From assembly GCA_000934665.2 (NCBI GenBank), contig KZ538919.1:1-40181 (forward strand): 40,181 nt of DNA, written 5' to 3'. The stretch is from Catajapyx aquilonaris. Lineage: Eukaryota. Within the stretch, counting starts at the first letter, position 1. The number at the start of each line of letters is the position of its first letter. Both the position numbers and the translations under genes were made by a program. Below the pieces are notes generated by a model that was not told the origin of the DNA, ran no database searches, and saw only the letters and a list, made by a program, of their open reading frames with translations. Shown here piece by piece: positions 21,501-31,987 of the stretch.

Positions 21501-24500
21501 CTCCTCCTGCTGCCAGACTGAGGATGACAGGGCCCCCAGTTGCCACCTTTACAGTTCCCACCAAAGCTAAGATAGCTAAAAATTATGCTCCTCCCCCACA
21601 ACCACTACCCCAGAAGAGTATGGGTGGAGGGAAGATGAAAAGCAAGACACACATGCGGCAGGGGCGTCCGCAGCGTGACAACATGGAGGAAGACCCAGTA
21701 CCAGTAGATCTTCCTAATGTGCCGTTACCCCTCACGTCACTGCCAGTGTTCCATCTAGACATGCTGGCACCCAAAAAACAAGATGCTGTGGGAGAATTCA
21801 AGTTTTCCAACCCGGAGGTTGTCTCAGCCAAAGGTGGTCACCAACACAGTGGAGATGAAGCCAAGTTCAGTTTTAGTAGCCCCCTTGCAGCCTCTGGGGA
21901 CACCATAGCCAAGCCCAAGGCAATGTTTGAGTTCAGGCCAGCTGCATCCAAGGAGCTGAAGAAAGTAGAGTCACCAACGATAGGGAAGGTGGAGCTCAAA
22001 AATGGAAGTGTTGCAGATAAGTTACCTGCAGCAGATCCCAAGCCATTACTTCCCTTGAGTGCAGCTCTACCAAAGAAGGCTGGATGGACTTGCAGCGAGT
22101 GCTGGGTGAGCAACCCAGAAGAGAGTCGGAAGTGCATGGCGTGTGAGTCGGACAAACCAGGCTGTAGCCAGGTGAAAGTACCACCTGTGACTGTGCCTCT
22201 TCCTATGCCTCTCCCTACAAAAGATTGGACGTGCAGCACGTGCATGGTGCCAAACAAGCTTGAAGTGTCCAAGTGCGTGTGCTGTGAAGCAGAGAGGCCT
22301 GGTGCTGCCAAGAAGTGGGAATGTGACACTTGTTTGGTTCCAAACAACCCTGAGGCGACCAAATGTGTATGTTGTGAAGCACCAAAGCCTGGCACTGCTA
22401 CAGCACCAGCTAAGGTGCCATTCAAGTTTGGGGCTGGTGGGTCAGCTTCCACATCATCAAGTGGTCCTGTGTTTAACTTTGGGGTTACTGCTGCCAAGAA
22501 GGATTCTGAGGGGTTCAATTTTGGAGCTGTGACCACCACAGCCACTACAGTCAGCAGTAGTTCGTTTAAATTTGGAGGTAGTGGTACCACAGCAACCACT
22601 CCTTCAACCTCAGGATTTAAGTTTGGCAGTGGTGCCAGCACAGCAACCACTACCGCAACAACTGGATTTAAGTTCGGTAGCCAGCCCACCTCAACATCAA
22701 ATTCCCTGACTTTTGGTACCAAGACCACGTCAGACGTTACCATTTCAGTTACTGCTACAACAGTTGCAGCAACCACAACTAGTGCCACAATATCCACAGT
22801 GCCAGTGTTTGCATACAGCCCTGGAAGCACTGCACCAAGACCCTCTCCCAGTATTTCCAGTTCACCTGAGAAGAAGGAAGAACTGAAGGCAGGAAGTGTC
22901 TTGGATGCACTCAGAGGAGCCAAATCACCAACACCTTCCCCTGCAGTGGCATTACCATCTACCTCCAGTCAAGCAGAGGCAGCAATTGTGAAGGCCCCAG
23001 AGCCAGAAGCAGTGATGGCACCATCACCAGCAGCACCAACAGCACCACCACCACCACCTGTGTCAGAGACTACTGCTGTACCAGTTACTACATCTGCAAG
23101 TTCTTCCACCGAAGTCCAGAAGAGCAGCAGTGCCACACCAGGGTTTAAGTTTGACTTTGGCGCTAAAACCACTGTGACCACAGCTCCTGCACCAGTTGCA
23201 AGGAACACTAGCACTACAACAGCTTCAGGAGGATTTCCTTTTACTTTTGGCACATCCTCAGATGCCTCGAAGGCACTTACACCTGCAGCACCCTCATTCC
23301 AGTTTGTGGCACAGCCAGTACAAGAGGAAGGGCAGCAGCCAGCCAAGAAAGCTAGCTTTGGCTTACCATCAGCGGATTCAAAATTCACTTTTGGTGGTTC
23401 TTCAGCCAGTCCTTTCTCTACTGTAACAACAACTGCATCTTCTCTAACATTTAGATCAGAATTGCCTGTCACAACAGCATCCATGTTTGGAACTCCTGTC
23501 GCCACTACCACAACCACCACTGCAGGAAGTCAGTTTGATTTCACCCCTAAGCCAGCTGTAACCGCGGGAGGATTCTCCTTTGGTGGCACCACACCCGCTA
23601 CAGGTGCATTCAAATTTGGTGCCACCACAACAGTTACCCCAGCAACAGCAACGACAATGACGACCACCACTTCTGGTTTTGGGTTTGGTGCCACTCCAAC
23701 TTTTGGCACTTCATTCCCAAAGGCACCGGCCACTACCACTGCATCTTCAGGCTTCGGTTTTAGTAGTAGTGCCCCAGCATTTGGAACATCGAATCCTCCT
23801 CCATATACACCGCCGTCATTTTCATCACCAGCTGCCCAACAGCAATCAACACCACAAGCACCAAGCAATTTTACCTTCAGTCCTGCTCCAACATTCAACT
23901 TTGGTGGACAGGGTTCTGCTGGTGGGGTGTTCACTTTCACCGGACAAGGAATGCAGCAAGCAGCGCCCCAGCCAGGTTTATTTTCTCAACCTGCCCCTGC
24001 AGCAGCACCCCCTGCAGCTGCTGCAGCGGGGACTTCTGCACCAGCCCAGGGTGCATTCAGCTTCAGCCCACAAATGCCAATGTCATTTGCATTTGGTGCA
24101 TCAGGCCCAGCAGGAAGCCCGCAACTGCCCACCATGCCTTTCCCGTGAGTGAAAACTTCATATGACATGATTTGGCTACATTACAATGAATTATTTACCT
24201 TGCAATCCTGCTCAGCATAGTGTTTTCCTGACATACACATAGGAAAGGGCAAGTTTTTTTCTACTTTTTGACGTAGTCACCATACTTACCATAGACATTG
24301 GTGCACTTATCCCACTGGGACACTGCAGAAAAAGCATCAGGCTGGCAGCAAAGCCAGTGGCAGATAGCCTGTTTCACTTCCTTGTTGCAGAAGTGTTGAC
24401 CAGCCTGGTGATTCTTCCAAACCATATTCGCATGCTTGCCATCTCTTCAAAGTTTCAGACCAGTAAAGAATCACCAGGGTGGGCAACACTTTTGCAACAA

Positions 24501-26389
24501 CGAGGGAAGTGAAACAGGTCATCAGCCAGTACCACTGGTTTCGTTGCCAGTGTGAAACTTTTTTCTGCAGTGGCTTGGAGAAACCAGTGTCCCAGTGGGA
24601 TAAACGCACCAAAGTGTATGGTGACTATGTGTAAAATTAGAGAATGACTTGCCCTTTCATTCATGTACAATATTTCAATTTGAGTTTCTGTAGGGAAGCT
24701 TTGGAATTGAAGAAGTTGTGAATTACTTTTTATTTCACCCTCGTAATCAAGTGGTCACCATTTTTGATTATGTACACACAAAAATTGAGGTGCAACTACT
24801 GTTACATGATCTTGATCAATTATGATTTTTATGAGGGAATTTTTCAGGCAACTTATAATTTTTGTACCATTTGGCATATTGAATTATAAAATGAAAATCC
24901 CTGAACAGTACCCTGCATTAATGGCTATGCGCAGACATCGCCACCTGTCCAAGAACAAGTGGAATTAGGCGTTGGTGGGCTGTGTCCAAAATATGTGGAC
25001 AGCTCAAGATATCGCGGTAGATTCTAACGCTAGCTACAAAGATGGATCACAGCGGATCACAGATATATCTGTGGGATGAAGTGTAAGGCCATTGCGATTC
25101 CTATCAATGTATTGAGGTTGTGGACCAGTTATTTACATGGACCACGCGAATGCCTGTTAATCCACAGCGATATCTTGAGCCATCTAGAGCCGTCTCGTGA
25201 GCAGTCGTGATATCAAGTATTTTGGACACAGCCCACCGACGCCTAGTTCCGCTCAATCCCGCCAGGTGGCGATGTCTGTGCATGGCCATTAATGCAGGGT
25301 ATTGAACAACACACAATGTAAACTACATGATGGCAAAGGCTTGTAGCTACTACTGGACATTAACGTCATATCAATTGAAGAGTTTTTCAAACCATGGTAC
25401 CAGATATTGTCAAGCTTACTTGCTGTCACACTTGTTACTTCACCTGTGTTCACCCTTTTAGTCACTCCTGCCAAAAAAATGTCATGTTATGAAGAAATGT
25501 GTGAAGGTCACTTGGTTGACGGTCCTGACCATGGTCTGACTACTCATAGATGCACCACATGAATCATTGGATACTTGAGTAATTCCTGTGTCACAACTGC
25601 CATGCCATGTGAAATCAGGCACTAATGTGCATTTTTGCAACAGCTCAAGTGAAAGTTCTTGAGAATTATCAGTATGTATTGTCCAGGTTCTGCAAAGTGT
25701 GACCGTCGCTTGCGTTGCCTTCTTCAAAAAAAATTTTACTTCGGACAGGCTTTAAAGAGTGACCAGATACCAAGGAATACGTGGAGCAGAGACGCCTCAA
25801 CCTAGGCTTATAATATCAAGCCGCATGTTTCAAAAAATGTTCAGATCAACATGGTGATTGTGTGCAGCATTGATCTGTGGCATCCTGTGGCTATGTTGAT
25901 TTTGTAAGGAAATGCGGGAAACTTTTTTATGGCCAAAATAATAAGTGTCTGTCAGGGGGTTATTTTCTTAACAATAAAAGAGGCCATTGAAAATATATTG
26001 TTTTCATGAAAATGAAACAGGATGGTAACGGGCATTTGAAAATGTGTATGGCAAAATGAATTAATCATTACTCGGGCTGATGAGAAAATTAATAAAAAGT
26101 GTCCCAAGAAGCTCCAGACATTGCATGTCAAACAATTGCAAGGCCAGTGCGATAAAATGATGGCTCAGTCTCGTTATTTTTTGTCATATTATATTAATGT
26201 TGTTATTGATCAAAAAGTGTGAAAATCATTCATTTGTTCATCCAGTGACCTAACCTGTGCTATGTTTTTTTATTCCTTTAAACCAGCTCATCGCCTGCTG
26301 TTGGGAACCCTTTTGACGTAGTGGCAAACGCAAATCCAGCCTTGGCGGGACGCAAGATGCGCAAAGCAGTGAGGAGGGCCCATCGGTAG
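12564..26389 (+). CDS. Nup153: Nuclear pore complex protein Nup153, 7 coding exons, about 1310 aa
   Basis: Exons 12564-12635, 12745-13024, 13546-13683, 17378-17608, 17778-17914, 21173-24144 and 26287-26389. All introns are GT-AG and phase-consistent; total 3933 nt. Hallmarks: N-terminal KPYQRPK|SLMRRVTDTVSGLIPWL, STSGCSS, KRPRFNPSIFG, SFYSGKITFGGASA, ILQTLQKMSTPVLDARRIP, three RanBP2 zinc fingers, FxFG repeats and C-terminal GRKMRKAVRRAHR*. Confidence 0.93.
14690..14709. repeat. (GA)n microsatellite
   Basis: About 10 AG units, seen directly. Confidence 0.9.
14745..14848. mobile_element. Small palindromic MITE nested in the Tc2/pogo element
   Basis: Near-perfect arms of about 40 bp: GGGTGGAATTTTCGtCCCACTGCTAGTTACTGCTAACT / AGTTAGCAGTAACTAGCAGTGGGCGAAAATTCCACCC. 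Confidence 0.75.
15410..16571. mobile_element. Long-TIR non-autonomous DNA transposon with 3-bp TSD, nest layer 3
   Basis: Arms of about 235 bp starting CAAGGGAAGGTCA (left 15410-15478 plus 15735-~15899; right ~16338-16571), highly identical. TCA is duplicated at 15407-15409 and 16572-16574. Confidence 0.85.
15479..15734. mobile_element. Palindromic mariner-like MITE (CGAGGGTG termini), nest layer 4
   Basis: 256-bp fold-back CGAGGGTGATAGGTCAGAAGGGC ... GCCCTTCTGACCTATCACCCTCG. It interrupts the left TIR of layer 3 and is absent from the right TIR. Confidence 0.88.
17106..17293. mobile_element. Tc1/mariner-type MITE
   Basis: TA|CAGGGTGACT ... AGTCACCCTG|TA with inverted arms of about 65 bp. 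Confidence 0.85.
18474..18594. repeat. (AAT)n microsatellite, about 40 units with a few AAC/AGT interruptions (SINE tail)
   Basis: Seen directly; it explains the poly-N and poly-Y ORFs in the track. Confidence 0.97.
18474..18847 (-). mobile_element. tRNA-derived SINE, family B (Lm1-like central domain) with long (TTA)n tail
   Basis: Minus strand: A box TGGTGGAGTGG, B box GGTTCGAGTCCC, body GTGGTTTCCC...CCAGGAGAATTCCGGGATTGCTTCCT...AGGCCACAGCCGTTTCCTTCC. 16-bp TSD ACTGTATATATCAATA at 18458-18473 and 18848-18863. Confidence 0.9.
19636..20322. mobile_element. Degenerate fold-back element centred near 20146, left arm interrupted by the SINE
   Basis: 20016-20140 is an inverted copy of 20150-20278 (e.g. 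agactccccagttatagact versus aatctatgactggggaatct), with central hairpin TTTGTCGGGGTAGCA-gta-TGCTACCCAGACAAA. Outer limits are approximate. Confidence 0.6.
19669..20001 (+). mobile_element. tRNA-derived SINE, family A, diverged copy/subfamily
   Basis: Colinear with 7459-7835 (GTGGTGGCCGAGAGGGTAACGTCTCGGCTTGCTG...), with an (AAAT)n tail. 14-bp TSD TATGTCATAAAATT at 19655-19668 and 20002-20015. Confidence 0.9.
20445..20963 (+). mobile_element. Deleted Tc1/mariner-superfamily element (rosa/DD41D-like) with transposase end relics
   Basis: TIR CAGGGTGTCCAAAATGAACTTCCCTAGTTTC / GAAACTAGGGTGGTTCATTGTGGACATGCTG. Relic peptides ASAEGKTQVVWWL (N-terminus) and DRVY...DNMLERT...DYWIKIVLATKGAH (C-terminus) resemble this group's conserved ends. 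Confidence 0.7.
21173..24144 (+). CDS. Nup153: Nup153 exon 6 (2972 nt): end of N-terminal domain, three RanBP2-type zinc fingers, FG-repeat region
   Basis: Corresponds to the 996-aa ORF, with acceptor tttttgcag|GGT and donor TTCCC|GTGAGT. W-x-C-x2-C-x3-N-x6-C-x2-C occurs three times, with many FKFG/FNFG/FTFG/FSFG motifs. Confidence 0.96.
24274..24627. mobile_element. Fold-back MITE in Nup153 intron 6
   Basis: Arms TAGTCACCATAC...GGTGCACTTATCCCACTGGGACACTG / CAGTGTCCCAGTGGGATAAACGCACC...GTATGGTGACTA, plus inner CACTGCAGAAAAA / TTTTTCTGCAGTG. Confidence 0.7.
24911..25299. mobile_element. MITE with CCC termini and TA flanks
   Basis: TA|CCCTGCATTAATGGCTATGCGCAGACATCGCCACCTG ... CAGGTGGCGATGTCTGTGCATGGCCATTAATGCAGGG|TA. 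The arms extend more than 80 bp. Confidence 0.85.
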
Positions 26390-29300
26390 GAGCAAGAATC
26401 ATAGGGTGGTAAATTATAATTGTAACAGAAGAAAGTGGTTATTAAATCATGGATTAACTGGGCTGCTTATCCAGAATTGGACAAGGCGAGCCTTCCTGTT
26501 TAATTGGATATTGTTTTTGAGAAAGAAGACAACATCTTACCCTCTTGGGTTTGAAAGACTGCATTTTTTTTTCTCTCCCTTACTGTCGTGAAGGGGGTTG
26601 TGAGAGAGTAGTGTTTTTTTTTTCCCTTTGTCTGTATGATGTAAGTGTAGTGTAGTTATGGGCATAAGGAAAAGTTTGTTTCCACAAACCATGAACATTC
26701 TCAAGCTTGTTGAGGGCTATGTCCTCATTAACCCTTGTTTCTCTCCCTTGTTCCTGGGGCCATTATTGCCACCTATTTTTAATTGACTTGCTTTTCTCAA
26801 ATTACATCACACATAAAACGGGTATATGAAACCAAGTGTTTAAAATGGTTTCTCGCGGTTGGGAGGGTGGGGGGTGTCTTTTTTTTTTTGGTTGGAGGGG
26901 GGAGGGTTTTAATAAAGCAAATGACTTGGTGCCATTTGTTGGTTGTTTATGAGAATGTTCACGGTTGTTGCCATGTTTGTTTTTGTTTTGTTTTTTTGCC
27001 AAGTAGCGTTTCCTCTGTCAGGTAATGCCAGGTGGATTTCATTTGAATTTCTTTTTGGCATATATACATATATATAAATATATAAATAAATAAATAACAC
27101 TTTGGCCTGGCCCATAGAATAGTGTAGTGTCTATCCGAAGATGCCAACCTCTAAAGAAAAAATCGTGTTCAAAATGGCCTTAGCGAATTTTGAAGTAATT
27201 CTTTTTCCACGTGGAATGGATAACAGATTGAAGCCAACTCTGTTTTCTCTCACATTTCAAGTGAGGTGTTGAAACTGTGATAGTGTGATATTCTAGTGGG
27301 GCAGGTCAGTGTGAAAAGAATAACGAGTAAAATATATATTGAAAAAATGTAAAATCGACACAGGCAGGCTCACTCCTTGTTCCTTTAGCGAAAGTGGACA
27401 AGCGACATTTTAACTACAATTTTTTAATTTCTTTTCAAAGGAAAGCAACCTGTCGAGGGTTGGGGAAATTTTATTTTGATATCAGAGTTGCAATAATGAG
27501 TGTGAGACAGTTGTGTACTTGGATCATTTTTTAAATGTTGCATGCATGGGTAATTTAAGGAATAAATGTCCCCTTCCGGTTCAGGAAGAAGTGAAGGAGT
27601 TAGACTGCTATTGAATTGCTTTTTTTCTTATGGTGTTTGTGATTGCCTATTAATCTTTTACTTTCTTGCAAGGTTCCATCCACTTTTTTTTGCCCCTCCA
27701 GATCACTTGTTGCATGTTAGCCTACTCAACATAGCTACAAAATTTCATGGAGATAGCAACCGTCTTCCAAAGGAATTTGTTGTGTGATGGAATTTTGTCA
27801 CATTGTGATTGACGTGAATTTTGGAACCAAATTGTACATAGTGCTTGACATGATGTGATACAAAGGAAGCAAACGACATTCCACTGTTTAAAATTTTCTA
27901 CTGCTGAGTGGCAGTTATACGGCCCAGCATTTTTTCCTTTTTAAAATTTGCACAAATGGAATCATTGCACGGAATATTCTGGCAGCGTGATGACTAGGCC
28001 ACACAAGTGGTTTTTTGTACTTCTCTTTTACTTGTTGCTCATGTAATTATGCCAGTTGCTTGACATTTCAAGCCTCAGCCATTTCTGAAGTGGATGGAAT
28101 TTTGAGTGTTATGGGAGGAACAAAAAATCAGTGTGCCTTTCTGTTTTTGAAAAAAAATGTGTCCGATGTATAAAGAAAGGGTGATGAAGGCAGTTAACTT
28201 TCATTCTTCATTTTTGTTTATGGTACCAAGTCGGCCTTTTCTAATCTTAAGATGTATGAGACTTACTTAAGGGTAGATGGGAAAGGCAGAAACAGCCATG
28301 AAAATTATTTAAGTGCTGATCTCAAATTGTGTCAGATGTGATTGGTGCAGTATGTTTTTCTTGTGTACGTGTACAACGTTGGTCATCAATCCGCATGTGG
28401 AGGAACAAATGACCTTCGTCTCCTTGTCCATAGCCCAGCCCTCCCTTTTTCCCCACTAGAGTTTGACATAAAACTCGGATCCCCCTCCAAAAATTAAAAA
28501 GGCAAAAAAGACCGCTCACAACCTGTGATCAATTTGCCGAAATACATGGAATATTTGTAGGCAACTGATTGTTACTTGCACAGCCACGCATGCCAAGGAC
28601 ACCTTACAGGTACATTTGCTGGTGCACATGTAAGTAGAGCATGTGGTTGCCATGGAAAAACCACACATGCAAATGTAAAGGAAAAGCTAACAACGTTTAA
28701 ATGATGTGTTGCACAGTATGGTGTATGGGAAGGTACGCTGCTGGAAGAAACTGCCATGTATCTCGGCAAGCTGTGCACATGGTGCGGTTGGAAGCATGAG
28801 CGAGTGCGTCTTGATTTGTGCATTCTTCCACCTGCACCTTCTTGGCACTGCTTGTGGGGATGCAAGGCAGTTTTTATTAGCACTGTACATTGAATTCTCA
28901 AATGTAAACTCACAGAAACCTCATTTGAACCAAGTGGATGGACCAACTTGAGGGAATCTGTTATTAGTTTGCATCAGGTTTTGGGAAAAAAATTTCGTTG
29001 CAATTTTTGTTATTTCTGACAACTGTTGTATACAAGTTATAGCAATTATTTCAAAATATATGTTTGTACATGTGATTTTACAATGGCAACTATGAGTAGA
29101 CTAGTTTATTGTTTGTTCACCATTCCCTAAATTCCACTTTGAGGGAGGGGGGAGGCAGTGTCAGCCAAGCACGTCGGAGTGGTGAGGAGTCAAAGCTGCA
29201 CACCACCGAAACATCGTGACTTACATAATGGATCATTCCGCAATGTGTGCAATCTTTCTGCTTGGAGGTTCACTCTTGTTTTGAGAGAGAAATGTGTTTA

Positions 29301-29425
29301 AAACATGGTTTCAACTCCAGGTTGGGGAAAATTGTAGGAGGAATCAGTCAAGCATGCTGATTTTGGAGCAGAAAATACGACCCTATCAGAAGATGCAACT
29401 CTCATAAGGTATAGTGACAGTTTCT

Positions 29426-29431
29426 TTTATT
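29426..29431 (-). terminator. Probable COX6C polyadenylation signal
   Basis: AATAAA on the minus strand about 70 nt after the stop codon. Confidence 0.65.
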
Positions 29432-29499
29432 ATAGCGTACAGGCTTTACATATTTTCAACTACACTTGTTCAACTCATCAACAGTGAAAGGGGAATCAT

Positions 29500-29824
29500 T
29501 TACTGAGCAGACTGAAAAACTCCAGCAGCTTTCATCCGCTCATATTCTGCTTGGGCATCATAGTTCCTGGGAAAGAAAAAAGTTTTATCACATGCTCATG
29601 ACACGACAGATGTAACTTGTTGAGGTGGGGAATGACACATTCTGGACGTACTTGTAGAAGTCTGCGTATCTATTCTTCCTTCCGTCATAAATAGTCATCT
29701 TCCAGACAACGGCTGTGATAGTTGAGAGAACCCCACAAACAATCAAGTGCTTCTTGATGGAAGAGGTCAAAAGTCCTCTGAGTTGGGGTTTGGCCAAGGC
29801 CTTCGCAACAGCTTCAGCAGCCAT
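29500..29824 (-). CDS. COX6C: Cytochrome c oxidase subunit 6C (cyclope orthologue), 79 aa
   Basis: Exons 29824-29652 and 29566-29500 (donor AA|GTACGT, acceptor tttcccag|G). Protein MAAEAVAKALAKPQLRGLLTSSIKKHLIVCGVLSTITAVVWKMTIYDGRKNRYADFYKNYDAQAEYERMKAAGVFQSAQ*, with the KPQxRGLL, YADFYKNYD and MxxAGxFQS hallmarks. The ATG directly follows an acceptor, so a non-coding upstream exon is implied. Confidence 0.96.
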
Positions 29825-30599
29825 CTGCATGGAAAAGACAGTCTTAATGTGCAAAACATCACCACAACTTTGGCTTTGGCAAATTGAAGCCCAACGGAAG
29901 AAAATAATATCGGTGCAGGCTTATCAAAGCCATCCTACTCCAACAGTTTATATGGAAAGCCTGATTTGCCACAATATATTTCAAGTTACAAAATATGAAA
30001 TGGTGTCTGAGGAAAAAGTGCAACACAGGATTGGTCTGGGATGTAATGGTTCCCCTTCAGGTGTGCGAAGGGGACAAGCCGTGTGACCTGCCTCGAGTGG
30101 AGGTTATCCAAATGGGGGTTCGGGAGAGAGTCCTGAGGCACAACAGTCCTTTACCCTCGTCGCCAGCACAGGACTCAGCCGGAGGACGAAGACGAAAGGA
30201 GGGGTACACGGTACAGAAAACACTGCAGTAAAAAACTGGACAAAAATAACTCCACTTTTTTAACTGCTAGAGTCGCGTCGCAGCGATCGCTCTCTGCACA
30301 CTCACCGCGATTCAGCTGGGTTGAGGCAATATCGCTCTCAAGTTCATGCTCGATGATGATTGGCTGCTTTCCTATGGCATTCAGAAATTCAGCTTCTCGC
30401 CATGTACAGCTACCACAGCATTCATCAACGTAGGGCTCTCTTCCCAGTCTCACAGATTTGCGATTCTCTTCCTGCGATAGCAAGTCACTGCTATTACAAG
30501 CTAACGTTTTTAGCAGTCCGTAGCTGTAAGTAGGATGTGACGCAACGAGAGGTGGTACCAGACAAGTAGGATCAGCGTAGATAGCGTGGTAAATAGATT

Positions 30600-30790
30600 G
30601 AGAGAAAAATCTCGTTTTCCACATTATGTATTAAATACAATTAAATACCATTTTGTGAGTATGGTGACCATCATTGTGACTCTGACAATTCTGCGAATCG
30701 ATACTGGAACATCAACATCGATGTTCAATTATCGATATTAATCGTAGTTTGTCTGGCAAGATGGCGTGTTTGTAGCCGGCCGGCGTCCTA
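30600..30790. promoter_or_regulatory. Bidirectional housekeeping promoter between COX6C and PHF5A
   Basis: Perfect DRE TATCGATA at 30730-30737 and two further ATCGAT cores (30697-30702, 30717-30722). YY1/Pho-like CAAGATGGCG at 30757-30766. The flanking genes are head-to-head. Confidence 0.7.
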
Positions 30791-30937
30791 CTGATTTGTT
30801 TGTCTTTTTGTAGCTAGTTGGAGTGATACCGACGTTTTTCAAACGACTGGTCGCAAGCAGGGATCTCTTCCACAGAACTATATAGCCACTCACCAGGCCA
30901 GCACCTCCTCCCAGCCAGGAAGTGATTCCACCGGACT

Positions 30938-31870
30938 ATGGCCAAGCATCACCCTGATCTCATCTTCTGCAGGAAGCAACCCGGAGTCGGTCAGTTTGCC
31001 TCGATTTTATTTCTGCTAGGTCTGCTAGGTTGATGGTTGGTGCCGGTGCCTCACACTCAAGGGGGTAACCACTCCCCAAAAAAGTTGGATCCGGTTCCAA
31101 GCCAGTGACAGGACAGTTCCACAGGGACCCTGTAGCCTGTACACTGGTTCCACGAATGGTTACCACCCCCTCGCTCACACCCTCACATGTCTTGCACTTC
31201 ATTTATAGGTGTATAGCAGTTTATGTACTGTAGGTTGTGGTGGCACCATGGTTATACTTATTATTGCTTTTTTTCCAGCCATTGGCAGACTATGTGAGAA
31301 ATGTGATGGTAAGTGTGTGATATGTGACTCCTATGTCCGCCCCTGCACCCTGGTGCGCATATGTGACGAGTGCAACTATGGGTCCTACCAGGGGAGGTGC
31401 GTCATATGTGGAGGACCAGGAGTCTCTGATGCATACTACTGCAAGGAGTGCACCACCCAAGAAAAGGATGTAAGTTCATCTACAACTGGATTATTTAAAT
31501 GAGTAATTGTGTCCACAGACATATTTGAGTATTATTCCTCCTCTTCTCAACACTTGCCCAGCTAGGTTGCTTAGTTTCACTAGTATGTCTTGCTTTAATG
31601 CAGCTGCAGATATTTCTGGTAGTAAAAGATGTGAAAAGGTGCAGTTGGCACCTGCCATCCCAGCTACGCCTTAGCTCTTAGCCTATTGTCATTAAGCCAC
31701 TTGAGAAGTAAATGTTAAGAGGGCCAGCAATTCACTTTGAAAACACCCAAACTGATGCTAATATATTTACACATCCACAGAGAGATGGCTGCCCCAAAAT
31801 AGTTAATTTGGGCAGCTCAAAGACAGACCTGTTCTACGAACGAAAGAAGTATGGATTTAAGAAGAGATGA
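30938..31870 (+). CDS. PHF5A: PHD finger-like domain protein 5A (SF3b14b/Rds3), 110 aa
   Basis: Exons 30938-30989, 31279-31469 and 31781-31870 (333 nt, GT-AG). [110 protein letters not shown] is essentially the near-invariant metazoan sequence. Confidence 0.99.
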
Positions 31871-31981
31871 AGAATACTGCCTGCCAAGAATTTGCAACTG
31901 TGCAGGCCAATTTATTCCAAGAGTGACAACTATTATTTGTGTCAGGTGCATTTTTCGTTCACTTTGTATTTTGTGACATAA

Positions 31982-31987
31982 AATAAA
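31982..31987 (+). terminator. Probable PHF5A polyadenylation signal
   Basis: AATAAA about 110 nt after the stop codon. Confidence 0.65.

Noticed and set aside
21838..23940. Long antisense ORFs (361, 183, 136 aa)
   Set aside because: Shadow frames of the Thr/Ala/Pro-rich Nup153 exon.
31452..31460. PHF5A Thr77 where human has Ile
   Set aside because: Not a zinc ligand, and I recall this position varying among eukaryotes.
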